DNA of 64,000 nt from Patescibacteria group bacterium. GTDB taxonomy: Bacteria > Patescibacteriota > Microgenomatia > UBA8517. Below, one piece after another: positions 1 through 7,736 of the stretch. Position 1 is the stretch's first letter, and each line of letters begins with the position of its first letter. Made by a program: the position numbers and the translations under genes. Where the stretch lies: contig JAOAEL010000005.1 in the NCBI GenBank assembly GCA_026416845.1, positions 229-64,228 on the forward strand. The letters run 5' to 3'. Below the pieces are notes generated by a model. That model did not search any database and was not told the DNA's origin. It worked only from the letters and a program-made list of their open reading frames with translations.

Positions 1-129
1 TTTGCCATTCACATTATCTATGCGTGTGGCAACGCAGGTATCAGCCTTCACTACAGTAAAAGAAACTCTTTTACCTTCCAAAAAGGTTTGACTCATCTTA
101 TCTTTTATGCCAATTAGAGCATTTAACAT
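1..129 (-). CDS. rplC: 50S ribosomal protein L3, N-terminal part (runs off the window edge)
   Basis: Not in the ORF track. Hand translation from ATG at 129 gives MLNALIGIKDKMSQTFLEGKRVSFTVVKADTCVATRIDNVNGK, which matches the L3 N-terminal pattern (G.K..M.Q.F..G....TV..A.PC.V). It lies downstream of rpsJ on the same strand. Confidence 0.85.
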   Translation of the reverse strand, partial: MLNALIGIKDKMSQTFLEGKRVSFTVVKADTCVATRIDNVNGK

Positions 130-143
130 GTTAGATTAAAAAT

Positions 144-165
144 AAAAAAAGGCGCCCGAAGCGCC
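144..165 (-). terminator. Intrinsic terminator/attenuator-like hairpin in the rplC 5' leader
   Basis: Minus strand GGCGC-TTCGG-GCGCC followed by T7, 14 nt upstream of the rplC ATG. A TATAAT hexamer lies at 241-236. Confidence 0.65.
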
Positions 166-266
166 CACTTAAAAGGCAAATCCGGCTAAAATTACGTGAA
201 GCTTGAGATACGAACCAACATCACGATTGTTAGGAATTATAACAAATTTAAATCATTTCTTGCAAG

Positions 267-1331
267 CTATGCGCGCATAATTCTTCGGCTTGGACTTGTC
301 CAAGTGCCATAAACTTCTGCAAAAAAAGTTAAATACAAAGCTTTGATAGTTGTGTATATGTTTAAATATTGCAACAGCCAAAGAAAAGGGCTTAATAAAA
401 GTATGGCAAATGATCTTGTTGTCAAAAAATGCATAATTCCCATTCCTATAAAAATCCACATATCCAAGAATATAGACAAAAACAAAGGATCTGATAAATT
501 TATCACTCTAAAAAACTTATAATAGGCAATTACTGCTGGGATTATTATTAAAATAAGAAATATATGCAAGATATCCACCAAAATTAACGTAACTACAGAA
601 ATATCAAGGCTCTCTAATCTTGAAGGGACTTTGTGTTTCCTCATAGTTTGATATTGGCCTATCTGCCATCTTGTAAGTTGTTTTATATAATCGCGCAAAT
701 TATCAGGGTCTTGAGTCACAACCTTAGCTTCATAAGCATACAATATTCTTCCTAACTTTTTCCTATGCACTTGATATGTCATATCAAAATCTTCGATAAA
801 TATTTTTGGATCAAGTCTAATTTTCATCAAAACACTTGTCTTATAAACGGTCGCAGTGCCTGGAGCTATGGATATGGCATTAAAATGAGATAATATGTTC
901 TTAAACAAATTTTGCCAAACAAAATAAGCTAAACTCCGATAGTAAACAAATATATTGGCTTCATCTTGAGTTAAAACTTGCCCACAAACACATGCAACAT
1001 TTTTGTTTTTTTTAAATTTTTCAAAAATATAGTTAAAAAAATTATCACAAGGATAAGTGTCCGCATCCAAAATCATCACATATTCATATCTTGCAAAAAT
1101 TTTGAAATGCTTGAGTCCATTTTCTATTCCCAAAGTTTTTCCACTGCGAACCTTATTACGCAAAACATTAACATTAAAAGATCTTGCAATTTCTTCAGTT
1201 GCATCCGTTGATTGATCAGATATAACATAAATATCTGAAAAATGAACTTGTTTGACCAAACAAGCAAGAGTATTAGGAAGAACTTTTTCTTCATTATAGG
1301 CTGGTATCAATACCGCTAATTTTCTTTTCAT
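267..1331 (-). CDS. Processive GT2 glycosyltransferase (PgaC/IcaA/cellulose-synthase-like)
   Basis: Motifs IPAYNEE, SDQSTD, ILDAD, IEDFD and QLTRW (QxxRW), followed by C-terminal TM helices. The ORF track starts at 1352; ATG 1331 (MKRKLAVLIP) is preferred. Confidence 0.88.
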   Translation of the reverse strand: MKRKLAVLIPAYNEEKVLPNTLACLVKQVHFSDIYVISDQSTDATEEIARSFNVNVLRNKVRSGKTLGIENGLKHFKIFARYEYVMILDADTYPCDNFFNYIFEKFKKNKNVACVCGQVLTQDEANIFVYYRSLAYFVWQNLFKNILSHFNAISIAPGTATVYKTSVLMKIRLDPKIFIEDFDMTYQVHRKKLGRILYAYEAKVVTQDPDNLRDYIKQLTRWQIGQYQTMRKHKVPSRLESLDISVVTLILVDILHIFLILIIIPAVIAYYKFFRVINLSDPLFLSIFLDMWIFIGMGIMHFLTTRSFAILLLSPFLWLLQYLNIYTTIKALYLTFFAEVYGTWTSPSRRIMRA

Positions 1332-1403
1332 TGTGTGTAAATTATAAAACATTATAGGATTTTATCACCAACTAACGCTTCTCTTATAACACTAAATCGA
1401 ATC

Positions 1404-1431
1404 TTGAAAATTATCATCCTATAAGTATAAT
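1404..1431 (+). promoter_or_regulatory. Sigma70-type promoter for the deacetylase, probably giving a leaderless mRNA
   Basis: TTGAAA(1404-1409)-16 bp-TATAAT(1426-1431); the ATG follows 7 nt after the -10 box. Confidence 0.55.
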
Positions 1432-1438
1432 CTCCTAA

Positions 1439-2677
1439 ATGAGATATTCTAATGTTAAAACCCGATTAAATATTCTTTTCATCTTTGCTTTTCTTTCACT
1501 AACATTGTTTGCGCTAGCAAAGCCTAGTTCTGCTTATTCATCAGATACACTAATAAACACAAGCTTTGAAGAACAGGGAACAAGTGTTGGAAAAGCGTAC
1601 GATTGGCAAGATTTTATGGGCGGATATACCAGAACAAATAATTCAAAAACAGGATCATGGGGAATCACTTTAAGAAATTCATCTGATACTGGCTTTTCCG
1701 GAGCTTATCAACGTCTTGATCTAAACCAAACTTCAATAAAACCAGTTTTCATAGGTGGTTATGTAAAAGGCGAAAAAATCTCAAATACATCAAGCTGGTA
1801 TGGCGCAAGTATTTATGCTGAAATACACCTTACTTCTGGCAAAGTAGTTTATTGGAATTCACTGAGTAATACAGGAACGTTTGATTGGAGATGGATAGGA
1901 TTTAACACAGGCATTCTTTCTGAAATTGACGCACCAATCTCACACATATTCATAGTGCCAATTTTGGGAAATAGTAAAGGAACTGCACACTTTGATGATC
2001 TAACCGCCATTGAACATACCCCCACAGAAGGAGCTGTCACTTTCATGTTTGATGACGGAGAGGCAACAACTTATTCTGTTGCGTATCCTATACTAAAATC
2101 CAAAAACTGGCCCGGAGTTATAGGAGTTGTCACAAATTTCGTCGGCAATTCAGGTTTTATGAGAAGAGTCCAACTTACTGAACTGCAAAACAATGGTTGG
2201 GAAATAGTGTCACATTCAATTTCTCATAATGACTTAACTACCATGACAAATTCCCGCGCACAAAAAGAAATTGCTCTATCTAAAGAAAGACTTACCTCAT
2301 GGGGTTTTAGAGTAAATAGTTTTGCTTTTCCATATGGAGCCTATAACGCAAATCTTTTAGCTTTTGGTTCGTCTATTTATGCATCCATGAGACCATATGA
2401 AATAGGCGACAATCCCAAGGGTTCTTGGCCTTACCAAATTAGAGTGAGAAGTATAACAAACACTACAACTCCCCAACAAGTCAAGAAATGGGCGGAAGAA
2501 TCTAAAACCAAAGGTACATGGAACATATTTACATTTCATTCTTTAGACACAATTGAGGACGATGAGTACAGAACAGACCCGAATACATTTGCGCAAATGG
2601 TCAATGAAGTTTACAACGTCAATATTCCTGTAGTTACTTATCAGGAAGGATTGAACCGTTTTGCTCAAAAAAGATAA
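1439..2677 (+). CDS. Secreted polysaccharide deacetylase (NodB/CE4) with an N-terminal carbohydrate-binding-like beta-sandwich
   Basis: Signal peptide ending near SSA, Trp/Gly-rich jelly-roll-like region, then CE4 motifs TFMFDDG, HSISH, FAFPYG and FTFH. Confidence 0.85.
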   Translation: MRYSNVKTRLNILFIFAFLSLTLFALAKPSSAYSSDTLINTSFEEQGTSVGKAYDWQDFMGGYTRTNNSKTGSWGITLRNSSDTGFSGAYQRLDLNQTSIKPVFIGGYVKGEKISNTSSWYGASIYAEIHLTSGKVVYWNSLSNTGTFDWRWIGFNTGILSEIDAPISHIFIVPILGNSKGTAHFDDLTAIEHTPTEGAVTFMFDDGEATTYSVAYPILKSKNWPGVIGVVTNFVGNSGFMRRVQLTELQNNGWEIVSHSISHNDLTTMTNSRAQKEIALSKERLTSWGFRVNSFAFPYGAYNANLLAFGSSIYASMRPYEIGDNPKGSWPYQIRVRSITNTTTPQQVKKWAEESKTKGTWNIFTFHSLDTIEDDEYRTDPNTFAQMVNEVYNVNIPVVTYQEGLNRFAQKR

Positions 2678-2787
2678 GAAAAACCTCTGCGTACTGTATA
2701 AATTTTTTTTAAAATAACAACATTCTTTTATTAAACTTTCATTCTTGAACTTCGCAAGTTTCAATGATTAAAATATTGGAGCTTTCA

Positions 2788-3099
2788 TTACATCTTAATC
2801 TCAACAGAAACACCGGCAGGAAGATCAAGATTTGAAAGCGAATCAATAGTGCGTGAGCTTGGATTTAAGATATCAATTAGCCTTTTATGCACCAACAATT
2901 GAAAATGCTCCTGAGCATCTTTATCTGTAAAAGGAGAACTCAAAACACAATAAAGAGATCTTTTTGTAGGAAGTGGAACTGGACCAGAAATTTTAGCACC
3001 TGTTGAGATAGCAGAGTCTATTATTTTTGTAACAGCTTCATCAATTAACCTATAATCATAGCTTTTTAGTTTTACTCTAATTCTATTTAAAACTGCCAT
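2788..3099 (-). CDS. rpsJ: 30S ribosomal protein S10
   Basis: RIRVKLKSYD, GPVPLPT, HKRLIDI, LPAGVSVEIK. Confidence 0.98.
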   Translation of the reverse strand: MAVLNRIRVKLKSYDYRLIDEAVTKIIDSAISTGAKISGPVPLPTKRSLYCVLSSPFTDKDAQEHFQLLVHKRLIDILNPSSRTIDSLSNLDLPAGVSVEIKM

Positions 3100-3154
3100 A
3101 AAGCCAAAAAAAATTTAAAGGTACACCAAAAACAATTCAAAGCAAAATTACAAG

Positions 3155-4354
3155 CTAAACAATAATTTTTGTTACAACACCTGCTCCAACAGTATTTCCA
3201 CCTTCACGAATAGCAAACCTAGACTGCTCTTCTATAGCTATAGGGACTATAAGCTTTACTTTCATTTTTGCATTATCGCCAGGCATAACCATTTCTATAC
3301 CTTCTGGCAAAGTAATTTCACCAGTCACATCTGCTGTACGAATAAAGAATTGAGGCTTGTAACCTGAAAAAAATGGTGTGTGTCTACCTCCTTCTTCTTT
3401 AGAAAGAATATAAACTTCCGCTTCAAATTCAGTATGAGGAGTAATAGTACTTGGAGCAGCTAAAACTTGACCTCTTTCTACTTCATTTTTATCGACTCCT
3501 CTTAACAACACACCTACATTATCTCCAGCCATTGTTTCATCTAAAGTTTTCCTAAACATTTCTAAACCAGTAGCTACAGTTTTTTTTGTTTGACTAATGC
3601 CTACAATTTCTACTTCTTGATTTACACTAAGCTTACCTCTTTCAACTCTACCAGTAACAACAGTACCACGACCTTGTATAGAAAAAACATCTTCAATTGG
3701 CATTAAAAAGGGCTTGTCAACATCTCTAACTGGTTCCGGAATAAACTCATCTACAGCTTTCATCAACTCTAAAATTGCTTCTTCAGCTTTTTTATCGCCT
3801 TCTAAAGCTTTAGTAGCTGAAACTCTAATAATAGGAGTTTTATCTCCAGGATAGCCATATTTAGTTAAAACACTTCTAATTTCTTCTTCTACTAATTGAA
3901 CTAATTCTTCATCTTCTACCAAATCAATCTTGTTAAGTGCAACGACCAAAGACGGAACATTAACTTGACGAGCTAATATAATATGTTCTCTTGTTTGCGG
4001 CATTAATCCATCAGGAGCCGAAACAACTAATATTGCTCCGTCCATTTGAGCAGCACCTGTAATCATATTTTTAATATAATCAGCGTGCCCTGGAGCATCT
4101 ATATGAGCATAATGTCTTTTCTCAGTAAAATACTCTACATGAGTAATATTTATTGTAACTCCTCGCTGCTTTTCTTCAGGAGCGTTATCTATCTCGTCAA
4201 AAGCAATAGGCTTTGTTTCATTACCTGGCTGCCTAGACAAAACCGTAGCTATAGCGGAAGTAAGTGTTGTTTTGCCATGATCAACATGACCAATTGTACC
4301 TATGTTTACATGAGGCTTTTTTCTATCAAATTTTTGTTTTATATCTCCTGCCAT
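3155..4354 (-). CDS. tuf: Elongation factor Tu
   Basis: [26 protein letters not shown]. True start is ATG 4354 ([15 protein letters not shown]); the ORF-track extension to 4468 is not EF-Tu-like. Confidence 0.98.
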   Translation of the reverse strand: MAGDIKQKFDRKKPHVNIGTIGHVDHGKTTLTSAIATVLSRQPGNETKPIAFDEIDNAPEEKQRGVTINITHVEYFTEKRHYAHIDAPGHADYIKNMITGAAQMDGAILVVSAPDGLMPQTREHIILARQVNVPSLVVALNKIDLVEDEELVQLVEEEIRSVLTKYGYPGDKTPIIRVSATKALEGDKKAEEAILELMKAVDEFIPEPVRDVDKPFLMPIEDVFSIQGRGTVVTGRVERGKLSVNQEVEIVGISQTKKTVATGLEMFRKTLDETMAGDNVGVLLRGVDKNEVERGQVLAAPSTITPHTEFEAEVYILSKEEGGRHTPFFSGYKPQFFIRTADVTGEITLPEGIEMVMPGDNAKMKVKLIVPIAIEEQSRFAIREGGNTVGAGVVTKIIV

Positions 4355-4454
4355 ACGATTCAAATGTAAAAACCTTAAATATTTTAAGTTGTTTGAAAAC
4401 TTTTGTAAACAAGTAAAATTATTGATCCTAAAAATTAAAAACAAAACTGAACGT

Positions 4455-4483
4455 ATTTTAAAAATCAAGAATTAACTTGTCAA
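4455..4483 (-). promoter_or_regulatory. Internal sigma70-type promoter upstream of tuf
   Basis: TTGACA(4483-4478)-17 bp-TAAAAT(4460-4455). Confidence 0.6.
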
Positions 4484-4510
4484 TATATCAAAATATTAAA
4501 TTAAACCAAA

Positions 4511-6673
4511 CTAGGCTTGATTCCCTTTATTAGCAGAGATTATATTATTTGCAATATGCGCTGGAACTTCATCGTAATGAGATGGCTCCATATAACAAGA
4601 AGCCCTTCCTTGCGATATTGATCTTATCTTGGTAACATAACCTGCCAACTCCGCGAGAGGAGCATAACCATTTATAAATACCAGGTTGCCCTTTTTTTCT
4701 GTTCCGGATATTTGCCCACGTTTACTAGAAATATCACCCATAATATCACCCATAAATTCTTCTGGCGTGCTTACTTCAATGCGCATTATCGGCTCTAGAA
4801 GCACCATATCAGCATTTTTTGCAGCCTCTTCCACAGCTAAAGAGCCTGCTATTTTAAATGCCATCTCTGATGAATCTACTTCATGAAAACTTCCATCATA
4901 AACTGTGACTTTGATATCAGTTACCGGATATCCTGCCAAAATACCACGATCGAGCTTTTCTCTCACGCCTTTCTCGACAGCTGGAATATATTCTTGAGGA
5001 ATTACTCCACCTTTTATTTCAGATGCCCAAGCAAAACCTTCTCCTCGCCCTAGTGGTTCGACACGCACATAACAATGTCCGTATTGCCCACGACCGCCTG
5101 TTTGGCGAATATATTTTCCTTCTCCAGTGGCAACTTTCTTAATTGTCTCTTTATAAGCAACTTGCGGCGCTCCAGTTTTCGCATCTACCCCAAACTCTCG
5201 TTTCATGCGATCCACCAAAATTTCTAATTGCAATTCTCCCATTCCAGAAATAAGAGTTTGCCCTGTTTCAGGATTGGTTTTGATTTTAAATGTTGGATCT
5301 TCATCAGATAACTTTTGAAGAGCCAAACCCATTTTTTCTTGATCAGTTTTGGTGGCTGGTTCAATCGCTAATGATATGACTGGTTCAGGAAAAGAAATAG
5401 ATTCTAAATGAATCGGGTGATTTATATCTGTAACCGAATCTCCAGTAGATGTGTCACGAACTCCAACTACAGCAACTATTTCTCCTGCAAAAGCTTGTTC
5501 TATCAGCTCCCTCTGATCTGCATGCATCAAAACCAGTTTCCCAATACGCTCAGTCTTTTGTTTTGTCACGTTATATACTACATCTCCTACCTTTAAAGTG
5601 CCCGAATAAATACGCACATAAACTAATCTACCAACATGAGGATCGGTAACCACTTTAAATGCCAAGCCGGAAAATGGTTCATTATTGCTTGGGCGCCTTT
5701 CTTCCTCTACACCTGTTTTAGGATTTATTCCTTTTATGGGCGGTAAATCATTCGGAGAAGGCAAATACTCAACAATGGCATCCAAAAGAAGTTGCACAGT
5801 AGCCATTCTGTTATCACCACCCAAGATGGGGAAAAACTTACCCTTTATAGTGCCTGCACGAATCGCTCTTTTGATCTCAGCCTGTGTAGGCTCTTGACCT
5901 TCCAAATATTTTGCCAAAAGATCATCGTCAAACTCAGCAACACGCTCGATTAACTGATTTCTATAGTTTTGCGCCATTTCTAAAAGGTTGTCTGGTATTT
6001 CTTCTTCTGTAAGATATTTGTCTTCTATGCCTTTATACGTAAAAGCCTTCATTTTAATCAAATCCACCGCCCCCCTTAATTCATGTTCTAGCCCTACAGG
6101 TATTTGGATGGGAGCGGCATTTGCTCCTAATCTTTCACGTATTGAGTCAATACTACCCTCGAAATCGGCGCCTATCAAATTAAGCTTGTTTAGGATACAC
6201 ACGCGAGGAACGTTATACTTATCCGCCTGACGCCAAACTGTCTCTGATTGGCTTTCAACTCCTGTTCTACCATCAAAAACCATCACAGCGCCATCCAAAA
6301 CCCTCAATGAACGTTCTACTTCTGCAGTAAAATCAATATGACCAGGAGTATCAATTATATTGATTCGATAACGACCTGAATCTACACAACTTTCATCTTG
6401 CTTAAGCTCCCAAAAAGTGGTAATCGCGGCAGAGACAATTGTAATACCGCGTTCTCTTTCTTGTTCCATCCAATCTGTCACGGTATCACCTTCTGTCACA
6501 TCACCTTTTTTGTAAGTTTTACCAGTTTCATAAAGAATTGTCTCTGTGGTAGTTGTTTTTCCGGCGTCAATATGAGCAATAATTCCTATGTTTCTTATCT
6601 TGTCCATGGGGAGATCTCTGTCCTTTGTGGACGATACAACCAACGCACCTTTTTTCTTTACTGCTTGTGCCAT
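4511..6673 (-). CDS. fusA: Elongation factor G (atypical G4/G5 motifs)
   Basis: AHIDAGKTT, ERGITI, DTPGHIDF, GMGELQLE, GGRGQYGH, SFHEVDSSE; position between rpsG and tuf. Confidence 0.98.
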   Translation of the reverse strand: MAQAVKKKGALVVSSTKDRDLPMDKIRNIGIIAHIDAGKTTTTETILYETGKTYKKGDVTEGDTVTDWMEQERERGITIVSAAITTFWELKQDESCVDSGRYRINIIDTPGHIDFTAEVERSLRVLDGAVMVFDGRTGVESQSETVWRQADKYNVPRVCILNKLNLIGADFEGSIDSIRERLGANAAPIQIPVGLEHELRGAVDLIKMKAFTYKGIEDKYLTEEEIPDNLLEMAQNYRNQLIERVAEFDDDLLAKYLEGQEPTQAEIKRAIRAGTIKGKFFPILGGDNRMATVQLLLDAIVEYLPSPNDLPPIKGINPKTGVEEERRPSNNEPFSGLAFKVVTDPHVGRLVYVRIYSGTLKVGDVVYNVTKQKTERIGKLVLMHADQRELIEQAFAGEIVAVVGVRDTSTGDSVTDINHPIHLESISFPEPVISLAIEPATKTDQEKMGLALQKLSDEDPTFKIKTNPETGQTLISGMGELQLEILVDRMKREFGVDAKTGAPQVAYKETIKKVATGEGKYIRQTGGRGQYGHCYVRVEPLGRGEGFAWASEIKGGVIPQEYIPAVEKGVREKLDRGILAGYPVTDIKVTVYDGSFHEVDSSEMAFKIAGSLAVEEAAKNADMVLLEPIMRIEVSTPEEFMGDIMGDISSKRGQISGTEKKGNLVFINGYAPLAELAGYVTKIRSISQGRASCYMEPSHYDEVPAHIANNIISANKGNQA

Positions 6674-6764
6674 AGCTTAAGATTTTAAAAATAAAACAAC
6701 AAAAAAGATGAGGTATAACCTCAACAAACCAAAGCTTTTTTTATAATATAGATTAGACAAACTT

Positions 6765-7241
6765 TTACCATCTAAAATGAGCAAATGCACGATTTGCTTC
6801 GGCAATTTTTTCAACTTCTTGTTTCTTTTTAACTGCTCCTCCTTCGTTTCTAGCAGCATCTATAATCTCAGCCGCCAACTTTTCTGCAAAAGTGTGGAAT
6901 TCTGAATTAGACCTTGATCTTGCAGCAAGAATTAACCATCTTATTGCAAGCGATTCCTTGCGAGAACCTTTAACCGCAACTGGCACCTGATAGGCAGCAC
7001 CCCCCACTCGACGCGCTCGAACTTCCATTTGTGGTTTTATGTTTTCAATAGCATCGGCAAAAACACGCATCGGTTCCTCTCCTTTTTGTCTAATTAACTC
7101 AAACGCTTTATAAATCTGCTTTTCTGCAACTGATTTTTTGCCATCTTTCATAGCACGATTTATTAGTTTGGTAACTAACCTGTTTTTATAAATCGGATCT
7201 GGTGCCACAAATCTAATTTTGATTACACCTTTTCTTGACAT
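6765..7241 (-). CDS. rpsG: 30S ribosomal protein S7
   Basis: DGKKSVAE, RRVGGAAYQVP, AEANRAFAHFRW. Confidence 0.98.
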   Translation of the reverse strand: MSRKGVIKIRFVAPDPIYKNRLVTKLINRAMKDGKKSVAEKQIYKAFELIRQKGEEPMRVFADAIENIKPQMEVRARRVGGAAYQVPVAVKGSRKESLAIRWLILAARSRSNSEFHTFAEKLAAEIIDAARNEGGAVKKKQEVEKIAEANRAFAHFRW

Positions 7242-7253
7242 AGTTATTTAGTT

Positions 7254-7682
7254 TTAAACTTTGACAATTGGGCTGCTATCTTTTTTAGCTCCATAGATAC
7301 TTCGCGATGTTTTTCTTCCAATTACTCCTTTTGCATCAAATTTAGCTCTTACAATTTTATACTTTACACCTGGAAGATCTTTCACTCTACCGCCACGCAC
7401 TAAAACAATTGAATGCTCTGCTAAATCATGTCCTTCTCCAGGGATATAAGCTGTAACTTCCTGTTTATTAGATAGTCTAACACGAGCAACTTTTCTAAGA
7501 GCTGAATTGGGCTTTCTTGGAGTCATCGTACGAACAAGCAAAACTACACCTCTTTTGAAAGGAGAAGGTATCTCTTTAAAGACACGATCTTTCGCATTAA
7601 ACCATTTTCTCAGACCCGCCTTTTTATACTTACGAACCTGAGCCTTTCTACCTTTTCTAATTAATTGAGATATCGTTGGCAT
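7254..7682 (-). CDS. rpsL: 30S ribosomal protein S12
   Basis: [30 protein letters not shown]. Confidence 0.98.
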   Translation of the reverse strand: MPTISQLIRKGRKAQVRKYKKAGLRKWFNAKDRVFKEIPSPFKRGVVLLVRTMTPRKPNSALRKVARVRLSNKQEVTAYIPGEGHDLAEHSIVLVRGGRVKDLPGVKYKIVRAKFDAKGVIGRKTSRSIYGAKKDSSPIVKV

Positions 7683-7736
7683 AAAAGAAAAGTTAATCGA
7701 ACGATTACAAATTAAAATAATTTTGCATAATCAAAC

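Noticed and set aside
4355-4468. N-terminal extensions on EF-Tu, DnaK, DnaJ and PilO in the ORF track
   Set aside because: They come from upstream alternative start codons; family homology starts at the downstream ATG, and the extensions overlap promoter or hairpin elements.
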